Origin: Hyphochytrium catenoides
Lineage: Eukaryota > Protista > Hyphochytriomycota
Length of the DNA: 41,625 nucleotides
NCBI GenBank assembly: GCA_900088475.1
Contig: FLMG01000462.1
Span: 1-41,625 of the forward strand
Reading direction: 5' to 3'
In this document: one piece after another, positions 24,697 to 38,000 of the stretch
How the letters are laid out: each line of letters begins with the position of its first letter
Position numbering within the stretch: position 1 is the stretch's first letter
The notes under the pieces: generated by a model
What the model saw: only the letters and a program-made list of their open reading frames with translations
Told to the model about the DNA's origin: nothing
Databases searched by the model: none
Position numbers and translations under genes: made by a program

Positions 24697-25333
24697 GCTT
24701 TCGAGCTTAGGAGTCTAAGTACTATGTAAGCTCGAGGGGAGAGAAGAGTCGAGGATATCCGACCAGAGATGGAGCTTTGTGTCGTGGCTGGAGAGCCCCG
24801 ATCAATGCGTCGGAGAGTTTGAAAACGCGACAATGGCGTCCGGAGCAGGCGGCGCCAGAGGAAAGGGCGGAACCTGAGAGATTTGAACTGCCCCAGTGTT
24901 GGCTCTGGGGATATCTCTCAGTCACTCTGTCTGGAACCTTCGCACTGTCCTTCCGCTTGTTTTCTCATATTTCTCTTGGCTCTCTCTCTTAGTTCTGGTT
25001 GGAGGTGTTGGGTAAAAAAGTTTTTCTGGTGTTAGTATAGAGGGTGGCTAGCTGTCCGCAATAAGCAGGTGTAGCAGTATTTTTGAATATTTTGCGTATG
25101 GACGTCAGCTCATCTTACAGCTCATTACAGCTAATGGAATTCTGTCCCCAATGCACAGTAGGATGGGTGGAAAGCTTTCATATGTGTCGCTTTCATTAGT
25201 TCTCCAAAGCAGTGGTTTGAAGCTTTTGTAATATTTCCTCAAATGGCTAACATTATTTCGTGGCCCACCCACCCATTGTGTCAAAGCATTCAAACTTCGA
25301 AAGTGAATTCGATATCAAATCCATAGGCTGGAC

Positions 25334-25374
25334 AGAGATCTAGTTATCATGTTGATGAAGAGATCTAGTTATCA
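25334..25374. repeat. 16-bp direct repeat agagatctagttatca (period 25)
   Basis: Exact copies at 25334-25349 and 25359-25374. Confidence 0.85.
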
Positions 25375-26980
25375 CATCGCTAAAGTAGTTGTCAGCTTTA
25401 GAGCTGTTATAGAGAGTGTGATGATATGATGTTGAAGTTGCACACTATTCTTCGCTCCTGCTGGCTGCTGGGCGGCAGCACGACGGGCACTGATCAACTA
25501 TCTAGTGCCGTTCCTTGCTCGGCGGCAGCAAGCACGGGCACTCCTCATCATCGCAACTGCGCACTTAGGTAACAACTGGGAGAAGGAACCCTCCGCCTCC
25601 ATCGTCATCACTGACAGGGACATTTTATAGGGACTTCTATCGGCTCTTCTGCGAAGAAACATGCCTTCTTCAGACTCTACATCATCCGCGCAGCTATCAC
25701 TGCTACTTCGCAGTGCCCTCGTCGATTCAAAGGACGTAACCAGTCTTGGTAGCCACAGCGACCGGCGAGACGGAAGAAAAGTGTCACAGGGTTGCTGATC
25801 AGCACTCATTACCAAAAGGTTTAGGTGTGCGCCCATTAGGTTAAGTCAATGAGAGTCCTTGCCCTGTGAAAAGAAGTTGTTGAGTCCGGGAAAGCTGCCA
25901 TTCGCAAAAGTCTTCCCATTTCTTCTTGGAGGGTGTCGTCCTAAATCAGTAAGTTACAGGCGAGCAGTCGACCTACTGCGGAGCTAAGGTTGTGCAATAA
26001 TGCACTTCCTACTGACCAACATCCATAGTAAGAGGTTGCGTAACATCCCTGGGACGCTGTTGAATTCCTCTTCCCGAGGATTAGCTGCCAACATAACGCC
26101 TTTGGCTGCTTCTGACTAACTCTATCTGTAAAAGTCATCTTTATGAAGCGGTCTTGTGCAGCTGAGCCTACAAAGGAGCTACATCGGCTCTTGCTTTACT
26201 TGTGCTTTTACAGAAGGATCAGTAGGTAGTAGGTACAGGGGACGAGTGAGACACCTCCCTCCGTATGCTACTGATTTACAAAGGAAACCGTTAAGAAAAT
26301 GCCGCTAGATGCTTCTGAAAATGTCGTTAAATGTATTAGTTTATTGGAAGGGGAAGGTGGAAAACACTAGCGAAAGGATTCTGATGAGTCACTTTCCCAA
26401 TATATTCCCAACGTATAAGCGGACCACACTTGACACCTAAGCTATGGTACGGGCCGATTAGAATGCTTGGAGGTGCAGCACTTGCAACGTCCACGCAAGA
26501 AGGCTTACATAATACTAAGTTCTAAGAAGAGAAAAAGGAAAAGGAGTATTGTATAGGGCAAAGGCTGAGCAGCACTGCGGCTAAGAAGGGTAGAATACCA
26601 CGGAGTAGGGTACATAGTAGTACACGGGAGCGAGTAGATGGTACAATAAATAGAGTAAGAGGATGGCCTCTGCTGGATTCCATGCAACAGACCATCGACT
26701 CACGGAAGAGAGAAGAGGAATCGATAAGAATAGAGATAAGACGGGCAAGTAGGTACACTATATGGCAAGGCGACTATAAAGGAACACATGTCACGGTAAA
26801 AGAGAGAGGTAGCACTGGGTGCTGGCACAGCTAAGGGTACACAGAGCCATTGGGCTCCGTTTCGGCACATAGATCGGGGCAAAAGAAGGTTGGTTTCCCT
26901 TGGGACTGAGACAGCGGAAGGGAAGCGGAGGCGCAGAATTATTCCGCAGGGAGCCAGTGATAGTGTATAGAGGGGGATGC

Positions 26981-27841
26981 TTAGGCGTGGAACTTCTCAT
27001 ACAGCTTTGGAAGGCTGAGATCGTCCAGGAAGTTTTGGCCCGCTTCCTTGTCCATATCTACCAAGAAATCACTGAAGTCTTCATCGTAGCGGTCAGGAAA
27101 AGGAGCGAAATCCTCAACGGACGGAGAGGAAAGATCGGTCTCAAAAGACAGAGGAGTGCCAAAGTCACTCTCGCAACTGCTTTCTCTCTCGGAGCCGTCC
27201 ATAAAGCGGAAGCCAAAGAGCTTGTTGTCATGGTCAAAGAACATCCTTTGGCTGCCTAGATCCAATTCATGGGGCAATGCTGCTGGGAGAGCTGGGGCCC
27301 AGTCTAAGGGAGACTTAAGCGTGTTCGAGAGGTTCGAGAGGGGCTTGAACAACGGGCGGTGGTGCTGAGAATCTGTTTTGAGAACAGGAGAAAACTTGAG
27401 CTGCTTTCTGTCTCTTTCCTCGTCGGAGCTCTCGTCAGAGCTTTGGCCGTCAAAGATATCCGAGGACGTTCTTTTATGGGCTGAGAATGTTAGGCACCCG
27501 TCTTTGTTGCTCTTGTCTTTAATGGTAAGAGGAATAATGGCGTCTTTACTCTCTATGCCGTAGGTTGATGGGCTCATCAGCCCAGAAAGCTGTTTCTTAA
27601 GGCTGGTAATCTGAGACTCCTGCTTGGAAGTAAGCTGCTGGGCCTCCTGACACCTTTGGAGTTCAGCGAGGCTTCGTTTTAAGGAACGAACCTTCCTATA
27701 GGGCCAGTGTCGTATCCCTATCGCTCTGCAGCGCTTCTTGAAAGCGGTTGCTCGAACGCCGAACTTCTCTGCCGCCACCTTGAGAGGCAGATCGAAGTTG
27801 GTGCTGAAGGTTTCAAAGCTGCATTGTAAGGTTGGAGCCAT
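26981..27841 (-). CDS. RWP-RK domain transcription factor (N-terminal domain, no PB1), 286 aa, intronless
   Basis: FSTNFDLPLKVAAEKFGVRATAFKKRCRAIGIRHWPYRKVRSL matches the RWP-RK consensus (F.LP...AA..LGV..T.LKR.CR..GI.RWP.RK..SL). It is followed by a short coiled coil and an acidic/aromatic C-terminus. Confidence 0.93.
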   Translation of the reverse strand: MAPTLQCSFETFSTNFDLPLKVAAEKFGVRATAFKKRCRAIGIRHWPYRKVRSLKRSLAELQRCQEAQQLTSKQESQITSLKKQLSGLMSPSTYGIESKDAIIPLTIKDKSNKDGCLTFSAHKRTSSDIFDGQSSDESSDEERDRKQLKFSPVLKTDSQHHRPLFKPLSNLSNTLKSPLDWAPALPAALPHELDLGSQRMFFDHDNKLFGFRFMDGSERESSCESDFGTPLSFETDLSSPSVEDFAPFPDRYDEDFSDFLVDMDKEAGQNFLDDLSLPKLYEKFHA

Positions 27842-29494
27842 GGCTTTATGAGAAAGTGGGAGGATGGCAAACTATATGCCAGCCAGGGTCTGGTGCCGTC
27901 AGCTTGAAAGAAAGTCTAGAACTGAAGAGATGCTACGAGATGCAGATAGAGGAGTGAGCAGAGAAGGAGGGAAGTAGGGCGCCAAAGAGGAAGCTCTTAC
28001 CACTTGAGGTCTATCGTGGCAATCAAATGGAGGAAGCGAGAGTTCATGTGGAGAAGCAGACGAACAATCCTTCGAAATACCGAAAAAGAAGAGGAGAAAA
28101 TGCTCCTCATGGCCTACATTTTAGTCTTTGTCCCTAACTTGATTGCTTCTATCCGCTGAATGATGTGATGGCACTGTGTCGGCAGAAGAGACAGAGGGAG
28201 GGGAAGAAAGAGATAGAGAAACAGGAAGAAGAGAGGGAAGAGAGAGAGAGAGAGAGAGAGGGGGAAGCAAGAGAGGGAGCGAAGGGGGAAGAAAGAGAGA
28301 GAAGGAGGAGAAAAGAGATAGAGAACAAGGGAGGGAGTCAAAGAGTAGAAGGGCAAAGAAATAGGTAATAGGGGTATAAGTGAAGGGAGAGAGATGTGGA
28401 ACAAGGCTGGCTTTACATAGTCAGAAAACTACCTGACAGAATGAGAGATTGACAGAACGACAGACACAGTTGAGAGAGGCCCAATCCCACTTAGAAAGGA
28501 AAGAGAGAGCAGGAACAGAGAGAGGAGCCATAGTGCCAACCATGAGACCTCATAAAGAAACCTTTAGACCACGCCGAGGAGGGAGAATCATCCTTTTCTC
28601 TCTCTTTGTTCTAGGAAAGAAAACACGCCAAGGTCCTTTCTCCCTTCTTCCTCTTAACTCTTTTCTCTTCTCTCTTCTCTTTCTCTCACAATGAATGCAC
28701 TCAACGCGATCAGGCTAGGAGATTTGGCTGTGACGCTTGTTTGAGCACCCATCCCATTAATAATAGCAGTTGCTGATGGTACACCATCCGCTCTCCGTAA
28801 GCTCTCCTCTCATCTTTTTCAAATTCTGTGATGGCCTCCCACCCGCCTTGCACACTGCGGTAAGCTGAAGACCTTCATAGCCCGGATGTGAGCCATTACT
28901 GGCGCACCCACACTCATCACTTTGTCAACAATTCAAATGTTCCGTAATTAGACCGATTTTATTCTTTACGAAGAGGTTGAGGATGCATTCTATCGAGGAT
29001 CGGTATGACTATGGAGTAATCTTCTTTTGAACAAAGCTCGAGACCGAAAGGTAACCAGCCAATCAGCGTGCTCCCTCTGTGATCTCCTTAGCTTTGGCCG
29101 TTACTGTAGTCATGACTCCGCGAAATATTGTAGCTTTCAGAATCTAACCCTGAACCTTTCAGAGTGTCTATTGAACTCGTGAATGACTAATATCTTGCAC
29201 CTTTGAATCTTTCGTTTGTCAGCTGGTGCCAGTCCTCCCCTTGGATCTTGCCTCTGTTCCATACTATGTTCTTTGACCGTTGTTCGGGGGCATAAAAAAA
29301 AAGAGGGATGTACCATGAAGTTTGCCTTTCTTAGAGGGTAACTGATAGGCATCAGGGAGAATGGGTATGTGCTTGTTTGATATTAGATGGGGGGATTTGA
29401 CCAATGGAACTTCAAGCAGAAGAAAATCTTCGTTCTTGCTCTCTCCCTTGCTCTCCCTTGCTCTCCTCTCTTTCTATCTCTCTCTCTCTCTCTT

Positions 29495-29838
29495 NNNNNN
29501 NNNNNNNNNNNNNNNNNNNNNNNNNNNNNNNNNNNNNNNNNNNNNNNNNNNNNNNNNNNNNNNNNNNNNNNNNNNNNNNNNNNNNNNNNNNNNNNNNNNN
29601 NNNNNNNNNNNNNNNNNNNNNNNNNNNNNNNNNNNNNNNNNNNNNNNNNNNNNNNNNNNNNNNNNNNNNNNNNNNNNNNNNNNNNNNNNNNNNNNNNNNN
29701 NNNNNNNNNNNNNNNNNNNNNNNNNNNNNNNNNNNNNNNNNNNNNNNNNNNNNNNNNNNNNNNNNNNNNNNNNNNNNNNNNNNNNNNNNNNNNNNNNNNN
29801 NNNNNNNNNNNNNNNNNNNNNNNNNNNNNNNNNNNNNN
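29495..29838. other. Assembly gap (344 N) flanked by CT-rich repeats
   Basis: Run of N. Confidence 0.99.
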
Positions 29839-32056
29839 CCCTCCTTTAGCCTCCTGTCTCTCTCCTCTTCTATCTCTCTTTCTGCACTAATCTTTCTATT
29901 CTCCTCCCTATCCTGTCTGTCTCTCTATCTGTCAGCCTCTGTCCTGCTGCATCGCATCGCATTACCGGGGCTTTCCAAACTCTTAGACATCCAAGGACTT
30001 GGGACAGTGCGTGTTAGCCTCTGAGGGGAAACATAGGAGGAGCTCCCCTAGCAGGAGGAAAGTGACGTAGAGCTTAGCATAAGAACATAAGAAGGAGAGA
30101 GAAAGCGACGACTTCCGCCATCAGGCCAACATCTTCCCTTCTTTCTTCTTTGTATCTCATTTGTCTGTCTCTCCCTCTTCCTCAACCTCTTCATTTTCTC
30201 GCAATCAAGTTCTGTTTATGGAATGCCTGCCCTCTGCAGCTGACTTTGTGAGGCTGAGCTAAAATCTAAGATGATGACTGACGAGCTGGAAGCCCATGCT
30301 TCTGATCATGACGGGAAAACTCCCATCACTCTCCCTCCGTAGCCGATTGTCTCTCTCTCCTCTCTCCCTCGGTGCTCTGCCACTCTTTCTCTCTCTCTCT
30401 CCATTCGTTTTATAAAAGTCTTCACTGTTCCTCACTCTATTCCTTCCTTACTCCTTACTCTCTCCTTGCTACACTTGTACGTCTACCGGCCTACCAGTGC
30501 ACAGTGTAGCTGGACTGTCCAGCTAAACGCCAGAGTCTGATGGGCTGCCACTTTCTATGATGCTTGACAAGAACTTTCTGCGAAGAGCGAGAAAAGCAAT
30601 AGGATATTCCTTCTCTTCCTTCCACTGTCTCCTCTCCGTCTGTCTCCCGCTTTCTCTGCTGATTAATGCTCTGTCTCAACTCTCTTCTCTCCGCCTCCCA
30701 TACCACATGCTCAATGAAACAGATCTCGATCAACGGTCAACCAGAATTACCGTTGACGTTACCAAGCAATACTAGCATTCGCGTGTAAAATAGAAAGAGA
30801 GAGAGAGAGAAGAGGCACAGAACATCAGGGTCCTTTGTAGACGAACTTGCGGAGCCAGGGGCGAGAGAAGAAGCTAGAAAAGATTTGAGGAAGTAAAGCA
30901 CATTTCCATAGAGAATACCAAGGAAGCTTCCGGCAGTGTGGCTTGTAGGCCAAATGCGAGGAAGTGGGACGCGTGCTTCTTTCACTTTCTTCTCTTGCCT
31001 TTGCACTGATTGGTCTGTTTGAATGCTTGGAACTGAATCGCCAGGGACGTGTTGCGGTGCCATGTTGGAAGCGTATCATCATGGAGAGACCAAGAGGTGG
31101 AAGGACAAAAGAGATAGAGAAGGAAGAGATATTTGCTAGGCATGAGGACAAGGAGGAAGGGCTGCAGAAAGAGTGACGACAGAGATAAATGGGGACAAGA
31201 AGGGAGAAAGGGAGAACTGTGGAGGCTCGCATTCGGCTGCCCTGAAATGGATCTCTTTGCTTTGCGCACAGCCGAGAGAGCCAGCTTCTCCCTTAACAAT
31301 GGAACCATGGTGAGAACGGAAAGAACATTCTTCGCTTCCGTCCTTCTTTCCTTTTCCCCATCAGTTCCTTCGACTTCATGGAAAACTCCGCATGAAGGGT
31401 ATCTGAGCTGTCTGGCGGCTGCTTTTTGGCTTGCAACTACTGTCAGCACCAAATGCAGTCACCAGCCAAGCGTTTCAGGTAAAGGCGGTCTAAGGAACAA
31501 AGGGCGATAGATAGTAGCATGTCAGAATGAGCGATCTCTGTCCGGACGATTATGTCCTTGTGCCCCTCTTACGAGGCCGCTTTTCTTGGGTTCCAGGATG
31601 GTCGCATGCTCGTGTTCTTTGGCAAACGACGTTCATCGCCTGAGAAACTGATTCCTTAGATATCCTTCTTCTCGAACACGAAGCACACCTACATCGTAGA
31701 GATGCCTGAGCGTAGAAGCCTTCATTATAAAGAGGCTTTCAGTCAGTCTTCAGAGAAAGAAGACACACCTCTGTGTGTCCTTCTGCCCAATCTCAAAAAC
31801 CGATTGTCAGGCAAGGATCGCAATATAAAGAAGCGCTGCTAAGAGAAACAGAAGAATTTACAGGGTGGAAGAACGGCAAAAGAATAAGATGTGCAAATCC
31901 AAGAAGAAAGAGACGATTGACCTCGTTATCAAGCGATGAGAAGCTCGAGTCGTGAGGGAGACAGACCAGCGGTTTAGGAGGGACGTGATCTATTAATCCC
32001 TCTATTCTTCTGATAAATAATGTGAGCTATGTGCTCCGCCCATGGAGAAATCTTCC

Positions 32057-35000
32057 TCAGCTAAACTCTGCAGCCTTTAACTCTGTCGGAGAAAGGAGAT
32101 CAGTGAAGGGGCTGCCGTCATCCTCAGATGGATCCGACAGATGAAACTTCTCCAGCTCTTTCTCAAGATGGCTCTCTCCTCGCTTTCTCTCTTCGTTTGT
32201 TCCTATATCTCTATCTGAGGCGAGCTGCTTGAAAATGCTCCGCATCCGCATGTCCAGGTAGCGCACACTGTCAGGGTCAAAGTCAGATGTTGTCTCCAGC
32301 TCGGACATCTGCTCCACTGCACCCGGAGGAAAATTGTTAGCACAGCTAGCATGTTCTATTGTTTAGCCTTCCCATGTGAGAGCCCCGAGGAGCTTACATG
32401 CTTCTCTGGCATCTTCTAGCATTGATTGGTGTTCTTGCAGAGCCTTCTCTTCGTCCTTAACAGCCTGAACTTGTCGCTTTAGGTGCAGGACTCTCTATAG
32501 ACACAGAGGTAGATAAGTAACTTGGCGACTGTTTTGTCAGTGTTAGGGAAGCTACTAGACATAGGCTCATGTTACCTAGCGCAAGAACAGACAGAGCAGT
32601 GCAAATGGCAAAAGTCAAGAGGCAGAAGTAGTCCTTTCAATAAACACTTGTCGGCTTTACCTTGTCAAGTTTCTTTCTCATCCCCCTTAGCTGTTCCCTT
32701 GCCTGGATGTCATCGTCCTCAAACGCTCGAGCCAACTTTCTCTTGTTCTCTCTCCACCGAGAGATGTCTTTGCCAAGCAGCTTCTGGGCTGCCTTAAGCT
32801 CTTGGCGTCTTTGGTAAAGCGCTTTCCTCTGCGATTCATGTCTTGCTGTCTCCTGTTCAACTTCCCGGTGAGACAGCACGCAAGCGCGAACGGGTACAGA
32901 AAAAGAAGGGGAGCAGAAGATAGACATAATCGTCACCTCGCTAATCTTCCGATTCCAATAGGAGACTGACATCGGGAACAAACTTGGCGCTTCTTCTAAA
33001 TCAAGCGGACTCAGGGCATCTGCCTCCTCTTCAGAGGCTGAAGGGCTGGAAGATAAAAGGTCGTGTGGACTCGGCAAGCTAGAGACAGGAGAAGCAAGAT
33101 CTGCTCCCTCGGCTCTGTCCTCTTCGCTCCTGGCCCCTTCGCTTTCTTGACTGTCGTCAGAGAGAGGAGAGAAAGGATCTACTTCTGTCCCCAGCTTCGC
33201 CGATGAAGCTGGAGAAGAGAGGGAAGGCGACAGAGTCCCTGCCATCTGTGTAGAAACAGAAGAAGATCTCAGTAGCATTAGGTATCCAGTGATCAGAAGA
33301 GAGTAAAGCTTACCTCTAACTCGTTGTAAGCCGAGGTCCCGCTACTCTTTCTTCTGTGGTGCACTGCCCTTTTCCCATTTCCACTAGAAGGAGATTGAGC
33401 TTGACGCACAGAATCCATCTCTTGCTTGAGCATCTGCAGCTTCCACTCCTTATTCTGGACCGCAGTCTGAGAAGAGGAGACACAGTGAATGTAGGAACTT
33501 ATAAAGAGTGACAAGGTAGAGCTTCAATGACGGATTGATGCAGCGCAAGGAAAGACGATTCTGTGATTTGCGGGGCGCCGAGGGCGAAGCAAGGAGAGAC
33601 ACACGGGGCAACCTGTGCATCAAAAGAATTATCTGCTGAGAGCTGAGCGGTCAAACCCCTTCACAAACCTTCATAGTTGACAATTTGGCGTTAAGCCTCT
33701 TGTTCTCACGGAGGGCAGCTTCTAGCTTGTGTTGCACCTCTGTTCTTCTCTCCTCTGCAGCCTTCAAGAGGGATGACTTCGTCTTTAAAGAGTTCTTAGT
33801 GAGGGAAAGAGACTGCCTCAAAGCGGAGAGTCCTTCCCTAGCTTTCCTCTCATCTTTAGCCCTCTTTCTCACTTCTTCTAGCTGCTGCTCTAGAGCCCTA
33901 ACACGGCCAGCCAGCACCTCCTTCTCCTGTGCAAGAGTTGGGACAGATCAGACAAACGCCATAAGGCTTTAGACACTAGAGACTGATAGAGGCAACAAAC
34001 CTCTGCAGTGAGGAGCGTTCGCACATAAGAAAGAAGCGCAATAACCTAGCGCGACACCCGTGTCAGTAACATACTCTCACCTTTTCTGCCTCTCGTATCC
34101 TCATCTTACTGGTGACCCTTTCCTTCAGTGTGTGCTCCTGTTGGCGTCTCAGGGAGTCTCTTTCTGCTATCAAGTTTTCCATCGCCTCCGACGCCCGACG
34201 GATTTTGTCTCTACTGTTCAGCAAGTTCTGAGGGCATTCGAGGGCAAGAACCGGAACGATAGTCATAAGCAACGGAGAGGGATGGTAGACCCAACCGTAG
34301 CTTTACCTTATCCGTTTCGCGACGCTCCGCCAGTGCCTTCCTGAGCTTCTCTATCTCTGATCGAGCCGCTTTGCTATGGTGCTCTAGCTTCTTCAGCTGC
34401 TTATTTTTGCTTTCGAGCGCGCCTCGTGCACGCTCTAGCTCATGTTCCAGCTTCTTGTGCTGTTTATCTCTCTCTTTTGTCCTCTCCTCCAGGTGCGCAT
34501 ACTCCGTTTGAACGTGTTCCGCTTCTCTAGCTGTGGAGTTCATAGTTCGCCTGGTGATCTCAAGCTCCTTTGTGAACTCTTTTAGCCTATAACAGGGAAC
34601 GGAAGGGCGAATAGGTTAACGTGAAAGGAAGACATGAAAGGGAGCCCAAAAGGGGGGAGAGAGGGAGTATATGTGAGCCTTAACTCATAGTGCGATTGCC
34701 TAGTCAAGTAACAACCTTTGTTCATTCAGCTTCTTCTCTTGCCGTAACTTCTTGAAGCTGCTGAGCAAAGCGTTGCTTCTCTCTTCTTGACTTTCCAACG
34801 CTTCCTTTCCACTTGCCACTTCTTGTTCAAGACTGCCGATCTGTCTATTGCAGTCATAAAGCTTGTTCTGCAAGGCAGAGAGTTCCTCATCTTTGGCGAC
34901 CTGCAGTGGGAAAAGGAGGACGGGGTGTCAGAGGGCAAGAAAGAGTTCGAAAAGTCAAGGAAGTGAAAAAAGAGAACAAGCTTTATACTTTGCACACTGC

Positions 35001-38000
35001 TTCTTTACGTGCCGCCTGAGTTTCTTACCGTCTCTTTTAATATGTTGCTATAGAGGATGCGGTTCTGACGAGCTTCATACGTCACTCTCTCAGTGAAATC
35101 CTTGCAGGACAAAGCAAGATAAGGATGCCTTTAGTGGCAGCGTCGCTCTTGCTCTAGCCACTTTCCATCCCTTCTTTTCCACAATACCCCATTCCCTCTC
35201 CAACGCTTTCCCATTAGCTATGCATTTCTTGACGTTGTCAACCTACCTGAAGGTCGCCATTCTCTCCAACCAACTTTGAATACTTCTGCTCTAGATGCAG
35301 CTTATCCTGCAGGATCTTTGTGATCCGCTTCTGCAAAGAAAGGCATTGGATGTTGCGATTAACATGTCAGGCAAGAGCGGAACAAGCAGATAAGACGTCA
35401 GCATAAAGGGCCAAACTACAATCAACTCCATCTTCATGCGCTAAGACTCTTCTCAGTTTGCGATTCCTAGAAGGCGCACCTCATACTCCTCATCCAGTGC
35501 TATCTTCTCCTTCTCTACGCCGTTCAAGCCCATCTCATCTCCAGCCTTCGCACGGGACCGGATCTAACGTAAGATGGAGAAGCGGTTGGTCAAAGGTAAG
35601 TAAGCTGAGTGGGCGAAAGCTTGAGCTCAATAGTCCACAACGAATAAATCGACCGCTAGGGAAAAGAAGCAGCAGAACGTCCCATCAGGGTTAAAGTGCC
35701 ATCGGCTAAAGTCTTTACTGGACCAAGAATATCGGAGGAAAGATAAGTGGAACGTTAGAAAGGCGCATCTCTACCTTGAGCGAGAGAAGATCATTCTCCT
35801 CGGCAAGCTGGTTACTTCTGAGGCTCTCCTTTAAAAGCCGATCCTGAGCAATCTTCAGTTTCTTGGTCATCTTCGAGACCTGTCTCTTCAATCCAGCTGC
35901 ACGGCTCTCAGCTTCCTACAGGAGCAGACAACGGATGCATAAGCTCTTTGACTGGCAATAATCTCTCAACCGTATAGGAGAAACTTGAACTATACAAGAT
36001 GGGACTGCAGTCGGTGTCATTAAGGGGCGTCATGGCTAGGGGCAAGGAAATGAGCATTGGCCGCAGAAGACGGGCATGACGTACATCTTTCTCGTGCTCC
36101 CACTTGGTGGCGGAGTTGTGCAATAGTTTGAGCTCTTCTTGGAGCTTTAACATCCGTGCTCTGTCCCCATCCATCTCTACGCCCATCATTCGGATCCTCC
36201 CTTGCGCCATTTCCAGGTCACTCCGAGCCTTGTTTAGGTTAAACTGTACAACGGGACAGAAAAGGGCAGCAGACCTGTCATCTACCAAAAGCTCGACACA
36301 CAGCTAGCGAATCCAGAAGACAAAAAGAAAGAAGGGCAGGGGCGTATGGATAGGGTAATGGGAACAGAGCTGGTCATCAAGAACGTACCCGGGACTCCAC
36401 GCTGTCGTGTTGCAGTTCATCAAGCTCTGATCGAGCAAGGGACAGTTGATCTTCAGCTTGCCTTACGGCTTCTGTTAGTTCTATGCTTTGGCCCTCTTCC
36501 TCTCCTTCCGGAAAGCCGGGAGACGTCTGTAATTGCGCATGCTATTAAGCCTTTCGTACCCGCCTTGCCCCTTCATGCTTTCTCTTACCTGTGCAGCCAC
36601 CTCCCGTGCTTCCCTCTCTTCTTCAGCCTTCTGTTCCTTATCCTCTCGTTCAGCCTTCTGTCTCTCGTGAGTTTCTCTTAAAATCGCAAGTTCTGCTTTG
36701 CAAGTTGCAAGCTCCTCCTGGAAAGGTACGGAGCATAATCATTTGAACATTAGGGTACCTCCCTGCTCTTCCTCTATCTAACTCTCTCACCTCGAGCCGC
36801 ATCTTCTCTAAGTTGGATGTCTCCTTTTCTTCTCTCAATGAGTCTAGCTTCTATGGAGTTCCAGACGTTAGATTCGACATTGAATGACCAAGGAAGCATC
36901 GGCCTGTTTGAGGTCAAAATCCACAGACCTTCAAAGCTTCCAGGTCACGTTTTCGCGCCTCGTGCTCCTTCCGCAAGGATGATACCGTCCTTCTGAGTTC
37001 CTCAAACTCCTCCTATGGATTCAAGAAGATATTGGATGGACATGAGAAGTCAGAATCTGGGATTCTCTTCCCAATCCTCCAGATGGCGGTAGTGGAGGCA
37101 CGGTTTGGCTATGGTCCATACCTCTAAGTCCATTCGCTCTTCCATATGCTTTTTCTCGTGCTCTTCACGCAATGCCGAAAGCTTTTCCTCTGAACTTCCC
37201 TCGATCTTGTGGAAGGTACGATTGGTCAGTTGTATGAGAGATGGAGGTTGAGAGGAGAGGAGAAACCAAGGCTTAAAGGAGAATATAGGAGCTGTGTACC
37301 CACCTCTTCCTGTGCTTTCTTCAGTTTCTGCTCATGCGTGAAAGAAAGGAGAGAAGTATGAGAAGTCAAGAGCAGACGACAGGGTAAGGCCTTCTCGTTA
37401 AAAGACTGACCTCTTCCCATTGTCGCCTTATGGCCGACATTTCTTGGGCAAACTGCTGCTGCTGCTTCTCATCTTCTTCGGCAAGACGCTGATTGACAAA
37501 AATATGTTCAAGTTTGATTAAACTCCATGAACCCTGACCTTCCCAATATCCGTCTTCTTTCTCATCTGCTGGCTAGCAGGTTGCGCTTACCTTTCTGCTC
37601 TCGTCTGCCTTATTGGCAAGGTCGAGCTCCAGACTTTTCTCCAGTTCCTTAAAACGGGCTTGACGGCGTTCTTGCAGCTTTTTCTGATGTCTTTCAACTT
37701 CCTCTTCCTGTCCATTCAAGCCGGAGTCAGTACCTCTCTCCTTACTTCTGGCCCTCTCGGTCCTCTTTGATGCACGCGCGAAATACCGCCCTTTCATTTT
37801 ACAATCATGGCGCTGCTACAGCTTAGCCCTTCTCGGAAGGAGCTCCTCACGCCAGAAAGTCGGGTGCTTACCAGTTTCTTTGGTGCCTCAATCTCAAGCT
37901 TACGGCGCAGCTCCTGATGTCGTCGTTCGGCTTCCCGCCGCTGATTATCCTGTTTAGAGAGAAGGGCCAAGCAGAAAAGTAAAGGTTGGACAGAGGCCAA

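Noticed and set aside
13579-25374. Short direct repeats as a CRISPR-like array
   Set aside because: Only two copies each, no repeat-spacer periodicity, eukaryotic context and no cas genes.
29361-30024. Long ORFs of 160-200 aa
   Set aside because: Artefacts of reading through the N gap.
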